Below, in pieces: positions 38,946 to 48,873 of a stretch of DNA of 64,000 nt. This stretch comes from an uncultured Acidimicrobiales bacterium (GTDB lineage Bacteria; Actinomycetota; Acidimicrobiia; Acidimicrobiales; CAWCAL01). The notes beneath the pieces were generated by a model that was not told where the DNA came from, did no database searches, and saw only the letters and a program-made list of their open reading frames with translations. The translations under genes and the position numbers were made by a program. Location: NCBI GenBank assembly GCA_963695075.1, contig CAVOFR010000001.1:134724-198723 (forward strand), given 5' to 3'. Numbering within the stretch: position 1 is the first letter of the stretch; the number at the start of each line of letters is the position of its first letter.

Positions 38946-39872
38946 TCAGCCCGGCCAGAACTCGATGATGACGCCGGTCGCGTTGATGCACAGGTGGGCG
39001 ATGATGGCGGCTCCCAGCCGTAGTTTCGTCCATATCGTGAGCAGGGCGAGGATCACTCCGAAGACAGCGATGACGACGGTCACCGTGATGACCCCGGGCC
39101 ACTCGGGTACGCCGGCCAGGTGGGGGAGTGTGAAGATGAAGGTCGTGGCGATGACCGTCGCGGCGACCGACCAACCCCGCTTCAGACCGGAACGCAGGAA
39201 GAGGCCCCGGAAGAACAGTTCCTCGATGACGGGGGTCACGACGCCGACGCCGAAGAGGAGCAGGAGGAACGGCGGCCAGCCGTCCACCGACTCGATCGGG
39301 ATGTTGGAGGTGGGCTCCTCGGCGCCGAGAGCGTTGTCGACGACCGTGCCCAGCACACCCCCCGCGACGAGGGCGGTGATCCCTCCAGCGACGCCCAGGG
39401 GGATATCGACCCACTTGAAGGACAAGCCGAAGTCGCGGGCCAGGCTGCCGAGACCCTTTCGCCGGGTCACCAGGTAGGGGATGCCCGCGAACGCGAGGAC
39501 GTTGGCGAACAGCGCGAGGCTGATCCCCCAGACACCGATGTCGATATCGGCGGTGTCGGCGTTGGCGAGGTCGATGTCGCCGTTGGCGATCATGACGCCC
39601 AACACGATGAAGCTGACGAGGAACTGGCCGCCCCAGAAGGCGAGCATCCCCCAGCCGAAGTCGCCGAAGCCCCAACGGCTGGATCGCCAGTGATCAGCAG
39701 CGGCCGGTGGAGGGTCGTCGGGTGGGTACCAGCGATGGTCGCTGGCCAGCCACCAACCCGGTGCGGGTGGTGTCGCGGTCTGTCGCCACGTCTGGTCGGT
39801 CGCCAGGTACCAGCCCTCTTGCTGCGGTGGGGGCGATGGGGGCGGGTAGGACGGCAGATCCGGGGAGGTCAC
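38946..39872 (-). CDS. CPBP family intramembrane metalloprotease with Trp/Pro-rich N-terminal repeats
   Basis: EELFFRG, FTLPH, AHLCIN; GWYLATD / GWWLASD repeats; TACCAT-N6-GTG. Confidence 0.88.
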   Translation of the reverse strand: MTSPDLPSYPPPSPPPQQEGWYLATDQTWRQTATPPAPGWWLASDHRWYPPDDPPPAAADHWRSSRWGFGDFGWGMLAFWGGQFLVSFIVLGVMIANGDIDLANADTADIDIGVWGISLALFANVLAFAGIPYLVTRRKGLGSLARDFGLSFKWVDIPLGVAGGITALVAGGVLGTVVDNALGAEEPTSNIPIESVDGWPPFLLLLFGVGVVTPVIEELFFRGLFLRSGLKRGWSVAATVIATTFIFTLPHLAGVPEWPGVITVTVVIAVFGVILALLTIWTKLRLGAAIIAHLCINATGVIIEFWPG

Positions 39873-39950
39873 CCCGTGATGGTAGGGCTGGGAACCGGTG
39901 GCTCCATGTCATCGGTCGACCGGTTCGGGAGAGCTTCCTCGGCGTCTCCG

Positions 39951-40154
39951 TCAGGCGACCTGGTAGCCGGCTTTCTCGATGCCGGCGACGATGATCTCGT
40001 CGGCGGCGCCGCCGGCCACCGCGACGGTCTTCGAATCGACGTCGACCGTGACGCTCTGGATCGCATCGATCGAGCCCAGTTCGGTTTCGATGGCGTTCTT
40101 GCAGTGGTCACAGCTGATGGATGGGACCGAGAAGACTCGGGTGTCGCTCGTCAT
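39951..40154 (-). CDS. heavy-metal-associated domain protein (CopZ-like)
   Basis: ISCDHC, AGY. Confidence 0.88.
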   Translation of the reverse strand: MTSDTRVFSVPSISCDHCKNAIETELGSIDAIQSVTVDVDSKTVAVAGGAADEIIVAGIEKAGYQVA

Positions 40155-40299
40155 CGGCTCGGCTCCGGATGCTCGGTGGTCGGTGGAACCATAGGCCCTG
40201 ATCTCCATCTCCACGCGGCGCCCGCAAGTCCATGGTCAGCCAGTCCGGCCTCGCAGTGGTCCTGGTCGTCCTGCCACCGTCATCCGACCGGGCCATTGA

Positions 40300-40683
40300 T
40301 CAGAAGTCGATGTCAGGTCCGTCGGGGTCGCTGTCCATCGCTCCCATCAGGTAGTCGAACGACCCCACCAGCCAGAGAAGGGTGCCAAGCCCGATGACCC
40401 CCAGCGCCGGACCGAGGAGCGGTCCCGGGTCCTCCAGGACTGACGCCCCGACCTCTTGATTGATGCCGGCACCGAAAGACACCGCGCAGTAGCCGATGAC
40501 ACCGAGGACGGCCACGACAAACCCGCTCATGACGAGCCGCTTGCCGCGGTGCATCCTCTGCTCGGCTCTGGCATAGACCTCCGCCTTGGTGGCGAGCGGC
40601 TCGAGTTCGGACTCGATCGTGTCGTTGCTGTGCGTCGCGCCCATCGAGACGGGCACGACACCTGTGTTGCTCACAGTGCTCAT
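40300..40683 (-). CDS. 2-TM hypothetical membrane protein
   Basis: TAATG coupling to the upstream TDT gene, GGAGG SD, two hydrophobic helices. Confidence 0.7.
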   Translation of the reverse strand: MSTVSNTGVVPVSMGATHSNDTIESELEPLATKAEVYARAEQRMHRGKRLVMSGFVVAVLGVIGYCAVSFGAGINQEVGASVLEDPGPLLGPALGVIGLGTLLWLVGSFDYLMGAMDSDPDGPDIDF

Positions 40684-41867
40684 TACTGGGTACCTCCTGT
40701 TGCCGGTGTGTTGACGGTTGCATGGACCGGGGTCCGTTCGAGATGTGCGTAAGGTCGGTGGAAACGGAGCAGCACCGCGTACAGCACCCTCCGGGCCAGT
40801 CCTAGAAAGGTGAGCAGCCAGGCCGCGATCGCAGCGATGACGAACATGCGGGCGATCCACAGGAGAAAAGGCGCACCCATCGCGTCCGACAGGCGGAATG
40901 TGCACGCCGCGTACATTCCGATAGGGAAGACCAAGCCCCAGTAGAGCGGATCGTATGAGAGCCGGACGCCTTTGACCCAATGCCTCCAGATCCCCAGGAC
41001 CACGAGCATGGGGATCCACCAGGTCGCGGTCGCCCAGAACATCACGCTCAGCCCAAGGATGAAGGGGCGGAGCGGAGCGAGCATCACCGAATCCTCGACT
41101 GCGCTCGCAAGCATTGACCCCGCGTACGTGGAGATGGCGACTGCGCCCATGTTGATCCAGTACGGAGGCATGAGATCGTGCGGTGAGAAGGGGAAGAACA
41201 TGTAGCGATAGAAGATGAGGCCGATGATCCACAGGTAGAGCATTCCCCCGCCGAGCCAAAAGGCCATGAGTGTGAACAACGCGGCGTCTCGATCACCGAG
41301 GAGAGCGCCGTCGAGCACCAGGCCCAGGACGCTCACCGCCTGGGTGGCGACCACCGCGACGAGCCATCCACCGTTGATCCCCTTCGCCAGGGATGGCTTG
41401 TCCTCGCCCACAGTGAGCAACGCGAAGATGGTGTAGGTGCACGCCGCCCACAACGCGACGCAGACCCACCACAAGACCTGCGCAACCAGGATGGCGTCAT
41501 GGAGCAGCACCATCTGCGCGCCCAGCACGCCGGTTGCAGCGACGATGGTGAAGTAGCCGGGAGCGCGCGTATGGTCGCGCCAATCGGCTGCCACCCGATC
41601 GGGGAACATCACCGCCCGTGTGATGAATAAGACCCAGAGTGTGGGATAGGCCACCAGGTTGATCCAGGAGAGGAGGCGGGCCAGATCGTGCAGGCCAAGC
41701 AGATAGCACGAGACCGCGACGATCCCCGTTGCCATGGCAAGCGCGAAGCTTGCCGGGTGCATGATGGCCAGCCGAGCTTTTAGATGAATGACGACAGGGA
41801 GTTCGGCGTATTCGCGAAGGTCCGCGATGTCCCTCGTCGGCTGAGATTCCAGCAGCATGCTGCTCAT
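40683..41867 (-). CDS. TDT/SLAC1 family transporter (tellurite resistance / C4-dicarboxylate)
   Basis: FALAMATGIV, GGWLVAVV, PYWINMGA, YWGLVFPIGMY; TAGCCT-N6-ATG. Confidence 0.9.
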   Translation of the reverse strand: MSSMLLESQPTRDIADLREYAELPVVIHLKARLAIMHPASFALAMATGIVAVSCYLLGLHDLARLLSWINLVAYPTLWVLFITRAVMFPDRVAADWRDHTRAPGYFTIVAATGVLGAQMVLLHDAILVAQVLWWVCVALWAACTYTIFALLTVGEDKPSLAKGINGGWLVAVVATQAVSVLGLVLDGALLGDRDAALFTLMAFWLGGGMLYLWIIGLIFYRYMFFPFSPHDLMPPYWINMGAVAISTYAGSMLASAVEDSVMLAPLRPFILGLSVMFWATATWWIPMLVVLGIWRHWVKGVRLSYDPLYWGLVFPIGMYAACTFRLSDAMGAPFLLWIARMFVIAAIAAWLLTFLGLARRVLYAVLLRFHRPYAHLERTPVHATVNTPATGGTQ

Positions 41868-42000
41868 ACTTCGAGGCTAGGACGCACCGGGCGGAGGGCA
41901 TATCGGCGCTCGTCTGAACCCCATGCCAGATGATCGGGAGCTGTCTGTAGGTGTTTGACTGACACCGGCCGGTGCTGCACTGACCGGTGGAACTGGCCGT

Positions 42001-42636
42001 CTACTGCACCAAACCGTGCCGCATTGCGTAGCGCATGAGCTGCGCATTGGAGCTCATACCCATCTTCTCGAGGATCCGCGACCGGTAGGTGCTGATGGTC
42101 TTGACGCTCAAGCCGAGCTGAGCGGCGATCTCGGACACTGAGCGTGCCGACGCCAGGAGCAGGAGCACCTCGTACTCGCGGGGAGAGAGCAGATCGTGCG
42201 GTGTTTCGGATCCGGATCCGACGAGAGCGACATAGTCTGCGAGCTCCGCAGCCACGGTCTCGCTGAGGTAGCGCTTGCCGTCGAGCACGCTGCGGATGGC
42301 CTCCAGGAGCTCCTCGGGCGCACGGTCCTTCGTCAAATAGGCTGAGACGCCAGCGCGCAGTGCACGGACCACGAACTGCCGCTCGCCGAACATGCTCAAG
42401 ACGACGATCGGCATATTGGGGCGGCTCTCCAGCAGCTCTGGCACCAGCTCCAGGCTGTTTCGGTCTTCGAGCGCGATGTCGAGAACGAGTACGGACCAGC
42501 TCCTCTCGCGGATCTTGTCGCGAAGCTCGCTGCAGGAGCCGACCTCGCCGACGATTGCGCCGGGAAACGCATCGGCGACGATCCGGCGCAGCCCTGAGCG
42601 TAGGATCACATGGTCGTCAGCCAGGAGAATGCGCAT
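42001..42636 (-). CDS. NarL/UhpA family response regulator
   Basis: LADDH, LDI, LSPREYEV, LSVKTISTYRSRI. Confidence 0.93.
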   Translation of the reverse strand: MRILLADDHVILRSGLRRIVADAFPGAIVGEVGSCSELRDKIRERSWSVLVLDIALEDRNSLELVPELLESRPNMPIVVLSMFGERQFVVRALRAGVSAYLTKDRAPEELLEAIRSVLDGKRYLSETVAAELADYVALVGSGSETPHDLLSPREYEVLLLLASARSVSEIAAQLGLSVKTISTYRSRILEKMGMSSNAQLMRYAMRHGLVQ

Positions 42637-44422
42637 CGGCGCCTTCCGCTCGGGTCTGCACTGGAACGGTCACGGTCACGGTGGTCCCCTCATGTGGGGC
42701 TCCGTGGATCGAGATGCGCCCATCGACGAGCGTCGCCCGTTCACTCATGCCGATGATTCCCAGCGACTCGCCGCTGTCGATCGCGTCCGTCGTGATTCCT
42801 CTTCCATCGTCGCTTACCACGAGAACCGTGTCCTCTCCCGTCGTTGCCAGGTCGATTTGGACTACCTTTGCCTGCGCGTGGCGAACCACGTTGTTGAGCG
42901 CCTCCTGTGCGATCCTGAACAGCGTCACCGAGACGAGCTCGTCGAGGGCCCCGTCGTCAACTTCCGACTCCACCTGGATGGCGAGGCCGGTACGGGTCTC
43001 GATCTCGCGAGCCTGCCACTCGAGGGCCGCTGTGAGCCCGAGCCTGTCCAGCACACCGGGCCGGAGATCCGAGGAGATTCGTCGCACGAAGTCCACCGCG
43101 TCGTCGAGCTGTCGGGTCATCGCGGCAGCTCCCTCTTGGAGCGCTGCCGCACAGTGTGGCGGCCGGTCGTCAGGGGAACAAGACGACGCCAACCGCGACA
43201 GGTCGATCTTGAGGGAGGTGAGTGTCTGGCCGATCTCGTCGTGCAGCTCGCGGGAGATCCGTGTCGCCTCCGCCTCGCGCGCCACCTGGAGCCGGCTTGC
43301 GAGCGCTCTCAAACGAGTCTGCGCGTCGACGGCTTCGCGCTGACGGGCGGCGAGGGACTCGGCCATCTCGTTGAATGCCGTGGTCACCGACGCCAACTCA
43401 TCGTGGGCGCGTGGCACCTTGGCCCGCGCCGCGAGGTCGCCGGCTCCGAGGCGGCGAGCAGCACGCGCCAGGGAGCGCAGACCACGCAGGAACCCGAACT
43501 CGGCCGCGATGAACACCGCGGCGATCGTGAACAGGGTGAGGACGGTCAAGCCCGCGAGCGTGCGGTAGAAGGCTGAGTTGGCTTGCTCCACCACGCGATC
43601 GTAGGGAAGAGAAACAGCCGCGAAGAGCTCCGGTGATTCCTGCAAGGGGACGGCTACGAAGTAGCGACGGTCGCCCGTATCACCGATTTCGAGCACCCGC
43701 CCCTGCTGCGACTGCGAGAGCTCCGAGACGCCGGCGATGCGCGGAGCACTGGTGTTCTCGACCTCGGCGCCACCACTGTCAGCTACCGCGAGCAGCCGAT
43801 CTCCCGAATCCACGATGAACAGGGCGAGTCCGTCTGGGAGACCGTTCTGTCGATCGATGTCCGAGAGCCAGGCGAGATCGAGTCCGTTGAACAGTACGGC
43901 CATCACCTCGTCGTTGGCATCTCTGACTGCATAGGCGAGATTGAGCGTTGGGCGCTCGAAGATGGTTGAGACGACATAGGTCCCCGACGCAACCTCTTCG
44001 GAACGCAACGCGGCGATGTAGGCCGGGTTGTCTCGCCAGCTTTCGTAGCTCGAGAGGGGATAGGCACTCGCGAGGACCTCGCCGTCAGGCGAGAGAACGC
44101 CGATGTTCGCGAGCTGCGGGTGACCGGCGAGCAGCGCCTCCAAGAACCCGGGGTCCTCGAGGATCGGTGACTGCAACCCGTCAGCGGCCATCTTCGTACC
44201 GAGCCAGGACAGCAGGTCGCGGGCGCCTTGAATCTGATGGGCGTGCTCGCGGCTCGCGAGGCCCGCCAGGTGTAGTGCATCGAGTTCCGTGCGCTCCAGC
44301 GCAGCGGAGCGCTCGTTTCCGGCCACGAAGAATGCGAACAGAACCGCCGGCAGCGTGGCGAGGCAGATGAGAAAGAGCATCCGACCGCGTAGCGACAGCG
44401 GAGTTCTCCTGATGCGGCTCAT
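42617..44422 (-). CDS. Cache-HAMP-HisKA_3 sensor histidine kinase
   Basis: Two TMs around an extracytoplasmic domain, RELHDEIGQ, QEALNN, DDGRG, GMSER. Confidence 0.92.
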   Translation of the reverse strand: MSRIRRTPLSLRGRMLFLICLATLPAVLFAFFVAGNERSAALERTELDALHLAGLASREHAHQIQGARDLLSWLGTKMAADGLQSPILEDPGFLEALLAGHPQLANIGVLSPDGEVLASAYPLSSYESWRDNPAYIAALRSEEVASGTYVVSTIFERPTLNLAYAVRDANDEVMAVLFNGLDLAWLSDIDRQNGLPDGLALFIVDSGDRLLAVADSGGAEVENTSAPRIAGVSELSQSQQGRVLEIGDTGDRRYFVAVPLQESPELFAAVSLPYDRVVEQANSAFYRTLAGLTVLTLFTIAAVFIAAEFGFLRGLRSLARAARRLGAGDLAARAKVPRAHDELASVTTAFNEMAESLAARQREAVDAQTRLRALASRLQVAREAEATRISRELHDEIGQTLTSLKIDLSRLASSCSPDDRPPHCAAALQEGAAAMTRQLDDAVDFVRRISSDLRPGVLDRLGLTAALEWQAREIETRTGLAIQVESEVDDGALDELVSVTLFRIAQEALNNVVRHAQAKVVQIDLATTGEDTVLVVSDDGRGITTDAIDSGESLGIIGMSERATLVDGRISIHGAPHEGTTVTVTVPVQTRAEGADAHSPG

Positions 44423-44703
44423 TCGATCTCCCGTCGGGATCGCCGGCGATGATCATCCAGGCGTGGCGGTCTCGGATCGCCATGGCTTCTAAGCCCAACC
44501 GAACCAACACGCTGAACGATCATGACTTGCCCTGTCACACCAATGCCTCCAGGTAGGTCTCCACGCCGCTTTCGACCCGGCTGAGGCGGGGCGAACCGGA
44601 GGACCTCGTCCGGCCCGAACCCTTCGTGTCGGAATCCAAGCTCGAGCTCGGATCCGGCGATTATCCCACCGGAACTGCCCCGGCGCCTGTCGATCGACGG
44701 GTT

Positions 44704-44732
44704 GGTGACGGTGAGTCGGCCTGTAGGCGGGG
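44704..44732 (-). repeat. att core: duplicate of the rnpB 3' end
   Basis: ggtgacggtgagtcggcctgtaggcgggg identical to 57020-57048 (29/29). Confidence 0.92.
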
Positions 44733-44792
44733 CACAGATCACCCAACCGGCGAACCGTTACCAACGATGGGATCGGGGAGTTACGCCGACCG

Positions 44793-44815
44793 GCCGTGAC
44801 AAAGCCATGACAACG
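44793..44815 (+). repeat. putative integrase arm-type sites, left end
   Basis: gccgtgacaaagccatgacaacg, tandem 11-bp unit, 20/23 identical to 56899-56921. Confidence 0.6.
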
Positions 44816-44996
44816 CATCGTCCGAGGTTCCCATGACTTCGGCGACGGCGGACCTCGTCTCCTCGGCTGAGTCCGCCACGTGCACCCAGGGAACGGCGCC
44901 GAACTTTCGAACACATCGACGGCTCGGAGGAGAAGTTGTCAATGGAATGAAGCGGTTCGTGTCGCGGACGTCATCCACCGCCCGAGATCCGAGACT

Positions 44997-45674
44997 TCAC
45001 GTGAATTCGTCGGCCTGGGATCGGGTACTCGGATGCTCGCGCAACACAGTGACGAGGATGAAGTACAAAACCGGGACCGAGAAGTACAGGACCGTACTGA
45101 GCGTTGTAGACACATCGGCCAAGGCGATCGCCACGAGGTAGAGGGCGAGCGGCGCCGCCGTGATGGCGAGCCCCAGGCCCGTTCGGTCGGTCGACAGGTC
45201 GGTCCACAACAGTGCCGGCCGTTTGACCGCGTACCGGTAGAGCACAAATCGCATCAGGGTGGCGGCGATCAACACGACGCCGTAGAGGTGCAGAGCGACC
45301 GGCTCGTCTGGATACTTTCCGAGCACCGACGCTGCAAACGGGATCAGACTCACCGGCAGCAGGAACAGCAGGTTCAGCCAGACCAGATCGCGATTGACGA
45401 CCCTGACGCGAGCGAGGAGGTCGCGGTGGGCAACCCAGAACATGCCGGTCAGCAGGAAGCTGATCACCCACGCGACGAGGGTGGGTCGCAAGTCGTCGAG
45501 GGCCTCGTGCAGCGACTGCTCCGAGAGATTCTCGGGGACGGCGATCTCGAGCACCAGTATCGTGATGATGATCGCGAACACACCGTCGCTCAGCGCCACG
45601 ACGCGATCAGGGCTGCGCAGTCGTCGCTGCGTACCGTTCGTTCCCGAGTCGGGAGGGCCCTGCTCCTCAGTCAT
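44997..45674 (-). CDS. TMEM175/DUF1211 family channel
   Basis: RVVALSDGVFAIIITILVLEI, FWVAH, WLNLLFL. Confidence 0.9.
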   Translation of the reverse strand: MTEEQGPPDSGTNGTQRRLRSPDRVVALSDGVFAIIITILVLEIAVPENLSEQSLHEALDDLRPTLVAWVISFLLTGMFWVAHRDLLARVRVVNRDLVWLNLLFLLPVSLIPFAASVLGKYPDEPVALHLYGVVLIAATLMRFVLYRYAVKRPALLWTDLSTDRTGLGLAITAAPLALYLVAIALADVSTTLSTVLYFSVPVLYFILVTVLREHPSTRSQADEFT

Positions 45675-45709
45675 CGAGCCATCCTCGCAGACACCACCGG
45701 CGACGCCAA

Positions 45710-45726
45710 TCGCTCATTGTGGATGA
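45710..45726. promoter_or_regulatory. putative LuxR operator between divergent TMEM175 and ClC genes
   Basis: TCGCTC-attgt-GGATGA fits TCRYNC-N5-GNRYGA. Confidence 0.5.
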
Positions 45727-45826
45727 TCGTTCACCGACCGACAGCTGCAAACATGGTTCGGATCCGGGTGCGTTGATCCCGGCGCGGCAACATCGTGGCG
45801 TCCGTACCAGAACCCGAGGCACCAAC

Positions 45827-47089
45827 ATGACGACGGCGCTCCCCATCGACCGACCGTGGTACCGACAACTTCTCGCCATCGCCCTGGCGATGGGACTCGT
45901 CATCGGCCTGCTCGGGCTCGTCTATCTCGCGATCACCGGCGGGTTGACCGATCGGATCTTCGGTGATCCACGGATCGACACCTGGTCCGGCGACTGGTGG
46001 TGGATCCCGTTCATCGCGGCCGGCGGTCTGGTGGCGGCGGCGGTGCGCAGCTGGCTGAACATCACCGATCACGTGCCCGGTGGCGTCGCCGTCATCGAAT
46101 CCGGTTCGGTCGACCACAAGGTCGCACCGTCGTGGGTCCTCCTCTCGGCCGTCTCAGCGATCGCGGGCGCCAGCCTCGGGCCATCGTTTGCCCTGGTCAT
46201 GATCGGAGGCGGCCTCGGTTCGTGGATCGCATCGCGGCGCTGGCCGGGTGACGAGCCGGCCCGTCTCGACACGACGTTGGCGGGCATCTCCGGTGGCTTC
46301 GGTGGCGCCTTCACCTCCCCGGGTCTCGGGACGCTGATCGTCAGCGAGCTGGCCCCAACGCCGAAGGATCGGTACATCGAGTCGATCCTGCCGCAACTGT
46401 TCGCCGCGACGATTGCCTTCGCCGTGTTCTTCGGCGTGGTCGGCACGACGTTCCTCAACAGCTTCGCAGTGCCGGTCGACGACTTCTCGAGCTGGCACCT
46501 CCTCATCGGTGCCGCGCTCGGAATCGCCTCGAGCGTGATCATGATCGTGTTCGTCTTCATCGTGAAGCTGATCCAGGCGGTCGCGACGAAGCTGTCGAAC
46601 CCGTACGTGCGCGGCGCCGTCGGTGGCGCGCTCGTCGGGCTGATCGCGTTCGCACTCCCGCTCACCATCGGGGCTGGCAACGATCAACTCACCACGGTGA
46701 TCGACGAGTCGGCATCGATCAGCATCTGGCTGCTCGTCGCGGTGCTCGTCGGCAAGATGCTGGCGATGGCGATCAGCCTCGCCACGGGCTTCATCGGCGG
46801 CAACGTGCTGCCGATGCTCTTCGTCGGCGGCACCGCCGGCGTCGTCGCGCACCTGATGTTCCCCGACATCCCGTACGCAATCGCTGTCGGGTGCATGCTG
46901 GCGGCCGTCCCAGGGGCGACGATCAAGGCGCCGATCGGGCTCACGTTCATCGCCGTGCTCGCCGTGGGCCTCGGTCCACTCACGGCCGCTCCGGTCTTCA
47001 TCGCTGTGGCGACGGCGTACCTGACGACCTCCACCGTCGTCGCGCTGATCAGGTCACGGCGAGTCGACGTACCCGAGCCGCACGCCTGA
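45827..47089 (+). CDS. ClC family chloride channel-like protein
   Basis: GASLGPSFA (GxEGP-equivalent), GGAFTSP, GFIGGNVLP, multiple TMs. Confidence 0.85.
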   Translation: MTTALPIDRPWYRQLLAIALAMGLVIGLLGLVYLAITGGLTDRIFGDPRIDTWSGDWWWIPFIAAGGLVAAAVRSWLNITDHVPGGVAVIESGSVDHKVAPSWVLLSAVSAIAGASLGPSFALVMIGGGLGSWIASRRWPGDEPARLDTTLAGISGGFGGAFTSPGLGTLIVSELAPTPKDRYIESILPQLFAATIAFAVFFGVVGTTFLNSFAVPVDDFSSWHLLIGAALGIASSVIMIVFVFIVKLIQAVATKLSNPYVRGAVGGALVGLIAFALPLTIGAGNDQLTTVIDESASISIWLLVAVLVGKMLAMAISLATGFIGGNVLPMLFVGGTAGVVAHLMFPDIPYAIAVGCMLAAVPGATIKAPIGLTFIAVLAVGLGPLTAAPVFIAVATAYLTTSTVVALIRSRRVDVPEPHA

Positions 47090-47118
47090 CCACCGGATGG
47101 TGAATGGTCGCGGCGTCG

Positions 47119-48867
47119 TCACCCAGGGGGTGCGCTCGGGTGGAGCGTCTGATGCATGGCGACCGCGGCCTCGATGTTGTCGTGGACGTGGCTCCGATCG
47201 ACGAGGTCGAAGAAGCCGTCCCGTTCGAGCACCTCGGTCACCTGTGGTTTCACGCGGGCGAGGTGCAGGTCGATGCTCTGGTCGATGCCGGCCCGGGCGA
47301 TCGCCGTCAAGACGTCGGCCCCCTCGGTGTCGATGAAGTTGACGCCCTCCATGCTCAGAATCACGCCGTCCAAACCTGTCGGTTCCTGGACACGGATCTG
47401 ACGGAGGCGGTCCGCGAGCGCATCGGCGTTGACGAAGAACAGCCCGCCGTCGAACCGGAGGATCTTCAGCCCGGGAATGGTCTCACAGTCGTCGTGCCGC
47501 TCGAGGTCGTAGAACGCATCGGTCCCCGGCTTGCGGCCCAGCTCCGGGATGTACGGCAGCGCCGAGACCGCGATGAGCCAGATCATCGAGATCCCGACTC
47601 CGATGAAGACCCCTTGCAGGATGCCGAATGTCATCACGCCGAGCAGGGCGAGGAGCGCAGCGCCGAACTCGTACCGCTTGACTGTGACCAGTCGCCTCAT
47701 CTCCCCGACGTTCATCATGCCGAGCGTCACGGCCTCGATGATGATCGCTCCGAGCACCGCCTCGGGGAGCTTCGAGAAGATCGGCGCGAGGAAGAGCAGG
47801 GTCAGGATCACGAAGCCACCCTGGGCGAGGGTCGACACCTGTGACCGTGCCCCGGCGCCGTCGTTGACGGGGCTCTTGGAGAGGCTGCCGTTGTTGAAGA
47901 TCCCCTGGAATACGCTCGACGACACGTTCGACATGCCCTGGGCAAGCAGTTCCTGGTCGACGTCGATCCGGTAGTTGTGCTTGGTCGCGTATTGGCGCAC
48001 CCCGGCGGTCGTCACCGAGAACCCGATGAGCACCAGTCCGACCGCTGCGCCGAACACCACCGACCAGTTGTCGAAGATGATGTCCAGGTCGGGGAACGAG
48101 GGATTCGGAAGGCCTCGCGGCACGTCGGCGATCAGTTCGACTCCGCGGTCGCCGAGATCGAAGACCACGGTCGCGAGAATGCCGAGGAGCACCGCGACCA
48201 GCTCGGCGGGTACCTTCGGCACGAGGAACTTGAGGCCGAACAACACGACCAGCGCCACCGCGCCGACGGCGACCGTGGTCCGGTTCGCGTCGGACAGGCT
48301 CGCCGCCCACTCCCAGAGCTTCTCCCACGTGTTCGAACCCGACTTCTCGGTCCCCGCGAGCTTGAAGAGCTCACCGGACACGACGTTGATTGCGACGCCG
48401 AAGATGAACCCGGTCAACACGGCCGCCGAGAGGAACTCGGCGATCCAGCCCATCTTGAGTACGGCCATGATTACGAACAGCAGCCCGGCGACCAGCACGA
48501 TGGCCGTGGCGATCGCCACCGCGTCGTCGGAGCCCGCCGCTCCGATCGACACGATGGCCGCACCCAGCACCGGGGCGGTCGACGAACCCGGGCCCTGCAC
48601 CAGTTGCTTCGACGTCGTGAAGAGCGCGAACACGATCATGCCGAACGCCGCGGCGTACAACCCGTTCTGGACCGGGACGCCGCTCAACGACGCGTAACCG
48701 AGCGAGGTGGGGACCATCAGCGCCCACACCGACAGCCCGGCGATCACGTCCTTGGTGAGCCAAGACCGCTGATACTGGGGCAGCCAGGCCAGGATCGGAA
48801 CGAACCGCTTGATCGAACTCGGTTTGGATTCCGCCGTCGCGACCCCTTGGCTGCCCTCAGCACCCAT
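47119..48867 (-). CDS. SulP family anion transporter with STAS
   Basis: PTSLGYA, GLY, QGP, GSLSKS, GARSQ, FIDTEG. Confidence 0.92.
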   Translation of the reverse strand: MGAEGSQGVATAESKPSSIKRFVPILAWLPQYQRSWLTKDVIAGLSVWALMVPTSLGYASLSGVPVQNGLYAAAFGMIVFALFTTSKQLVQGPGSSTAPVLGAAIVSIGAAGSDDAVAIATAIVLVAGLLFVIMAVLKMGWIAEFLSAAVLTGFIFGVAINVVSGELFKLAGTEKSGSNTWEKLWEWAASLSDANRTTVAVGAVALVVLFGLKFLVPKVPAELVAVLLGILATVVFDLGDRGVELIADVPRGLPNPSFPDLDIIFDNWSVVFGAAVGLVLIGFSVTTAGVRQYATKHNYRIDVDQELLAQGMSNVSSSVFQGIFNNGSLSKSPVNDGAGARSQVSTLAQGGFVILTLLFLAPIFSKLPEAVLGAIIIEAVTLGMMNVGEMRRLVTVKRYEFGAALLALLGVMTFGILQGVFIGVGISMIWLIAVSALPYIPELGRKPGTDAFYDLERHDDCETIPGLKILRFDGGLFFVNADALADRLRQIRVQEPTGLDGVILSMEGVNFIDTEGADVLTAIARAGIDQSIDLHLARVKPQVTEVLERDGFFDLVDRSHVHDNIEAAVAMHQTLHPSAPPG

Positions 48868-48873
48868 CGCGCA

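Noticed and set aside
44577-44592. ccggctgaggcggggc as a third, degenerate att copy
   Set aside because: Only about 9 contiguous matches in GC-rich DNA, which is not distinguishable from chance.
44631-44656. Clustered XhoI/SacI/BamHI sites resembling a cloning polylinker
   Set aside because: Explained by a GC-rich imperfect palindrome; no other vector sequence seen.
47087-47103. TGACCA-N5-TGGTGA as another LuxR operator
   Set aside because: Lies between convergent gene ends and deviates from the consensus.
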